Assembly: GCA_011109175.1 (NCBI GenBank)
Contig: RDEW01000064.1
Location: 136,653 to 200,652 of the forward strand
Length of the DNA: 64,000 nucleotides
Direction: 5' to 3'
Source: Dicyema japonicum
Lineage: Eukaryota; Animalia; Dicyemida
In this document: positions 63,288-64,000 of the stretch, piece by piece
Numbering within the stretch: position 1 is the first letter of the stretch
Layout: the number at the start of each line of letters is the position of its first letter
Translations under genes and position numbers: made by a program
The notes under the pieces: generated by a model
What the model was told of the DNA's origin: nothing
The model's database searches: none
Seen by the model: only the letters and a program-made list of their open reading frames with translations

Positions 63288-64000
63288 ATGGGTATTAGAC
63301 ATATCAGCAAAAATATCATTTTCTTGCTTTGTTTGATCGTTACTTGTATATTGTTTTGGAAAATTAATGTAAAAAGTTTATAATATTTAGACAAATGACA
63401 GAGTTTACAACAAAGAGATCTTATTAGTCAGTGGATACTATAATATAGGAGGTTTTATGAAACCAGGTGGGTTTCGTAGACCTTATGAGTATTTTATGTG
63501 GATGAAAAAATTCGCCTTCATTGAAAACCATCTTGTATTTTTCTCAGACGACGAGAAAATCCTCAGAGGCATGGGTAAGATTAGAAAAAACCTTCCTACC
63601 ACTTTAATTAACATAAACAGGTCAGAATTGATTGGGTTTAAAAAAATTGAAGAAATAAAGCATATTTTCACACTTCCTGGATTTGGCTTGCATCCTGAAG
63701 AAACTGGAAATTATCATTACTCCGCCATCATGAATTCCAAACACGATATTTTGAGACGAGCAATCGAAATGTTCTCCCATAACTTCTCATACGTTGCCTG
63801 GGTTGATGTCGGTCTTTTCCGTAACGTGAAAACTAAAAAAATGTATAAACTGGAAAAAACAAAATACATTTACGATACACGTGTCACTATGAGTCAAGTA
63901 TTCACTTATAGAGAATATCCTATCGAAAATGTCATAAAAAATTCAAGAGTTTGGGTATCTGGAGCTATATTTATAGGTCATGTTGACCTAATGTACAAAT
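63288..64000 (+). CDS. HtrL/YibB-family protein with N-terminal signal anchor (type II membrane, glycosyltransferase-like); runs off the window end
   Basis: MGIRHISKNIIFLLCLIVTCILFWKIN| 22-nt intron 63369-63390 |TNDRVYNKEILLVSGYYNIGGF...IENHLVFFSDD...YSAIMNSKHDIL...AWVDVGLFR...RVWVSGAIFIG. Open to the window end; missing from the supplied ORF track. Confidence 0.75.

Noticed and set aside
1-64000. Prokaryotic or phage origin, operons or defence systems
   Set aside because: Spliceosomal introns, Pol III RPC2, ARMC9, NCKAP1, NOP53 and eukaryotic non-LTR elements establish a eukaryotic nuclear sequence.

Overview
AT-rich eukaryotic (animal-like) genomic DNA, not prokaryotic. Host genes are split by very short GT-AG introns, 20-29 nt in those I could resolve. 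Together with a ciliary gene (ARMC9), a C-type lectin and an HtrL-like gene, this fits a dicyemid mesozoan best; that assignment is inference only. Recognisable host genes: ARMC9, a RhoBTB-like remnant, DEPDC1-like (one near-complete copy plus partial copies), a secreted EPN/WND C-type lectin, NCKAP1/Nap1, NOP53, RNA polymerase III subunit RPC2 (POLR3B), and an HtrL/YibB-family type II membrane protein running off the right end. There is also a degenerate tRNA-Glu-like gene and a divergent 5S rRNA-like gene. The rest is mostly 5'-truncated non-LTR retrotransposons (CRE-like RT-RLE, RTE, R4-like, and an I/Jockey-group family with a covarying 3' stem-loop) and DNA transposon remnants (pogo/Tigger, Tc1/IS630, hAT). 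Many 90-290 bp tandem duplications are probably assembly artefacts. Main observations: (1) almost every host gene carries disabling lesions, with an apparent G:C>T:A bias; (2) RPC2 lacks about 195 essential codons, with both deletion breakpoints inside micro-introns; (3) there are candidate intronisation and exonisation events; (4) divergent LINE families share a conserved stop-codon-spanning hairpin. Homologies were recognised from remembered protein motifs. No database search was run.
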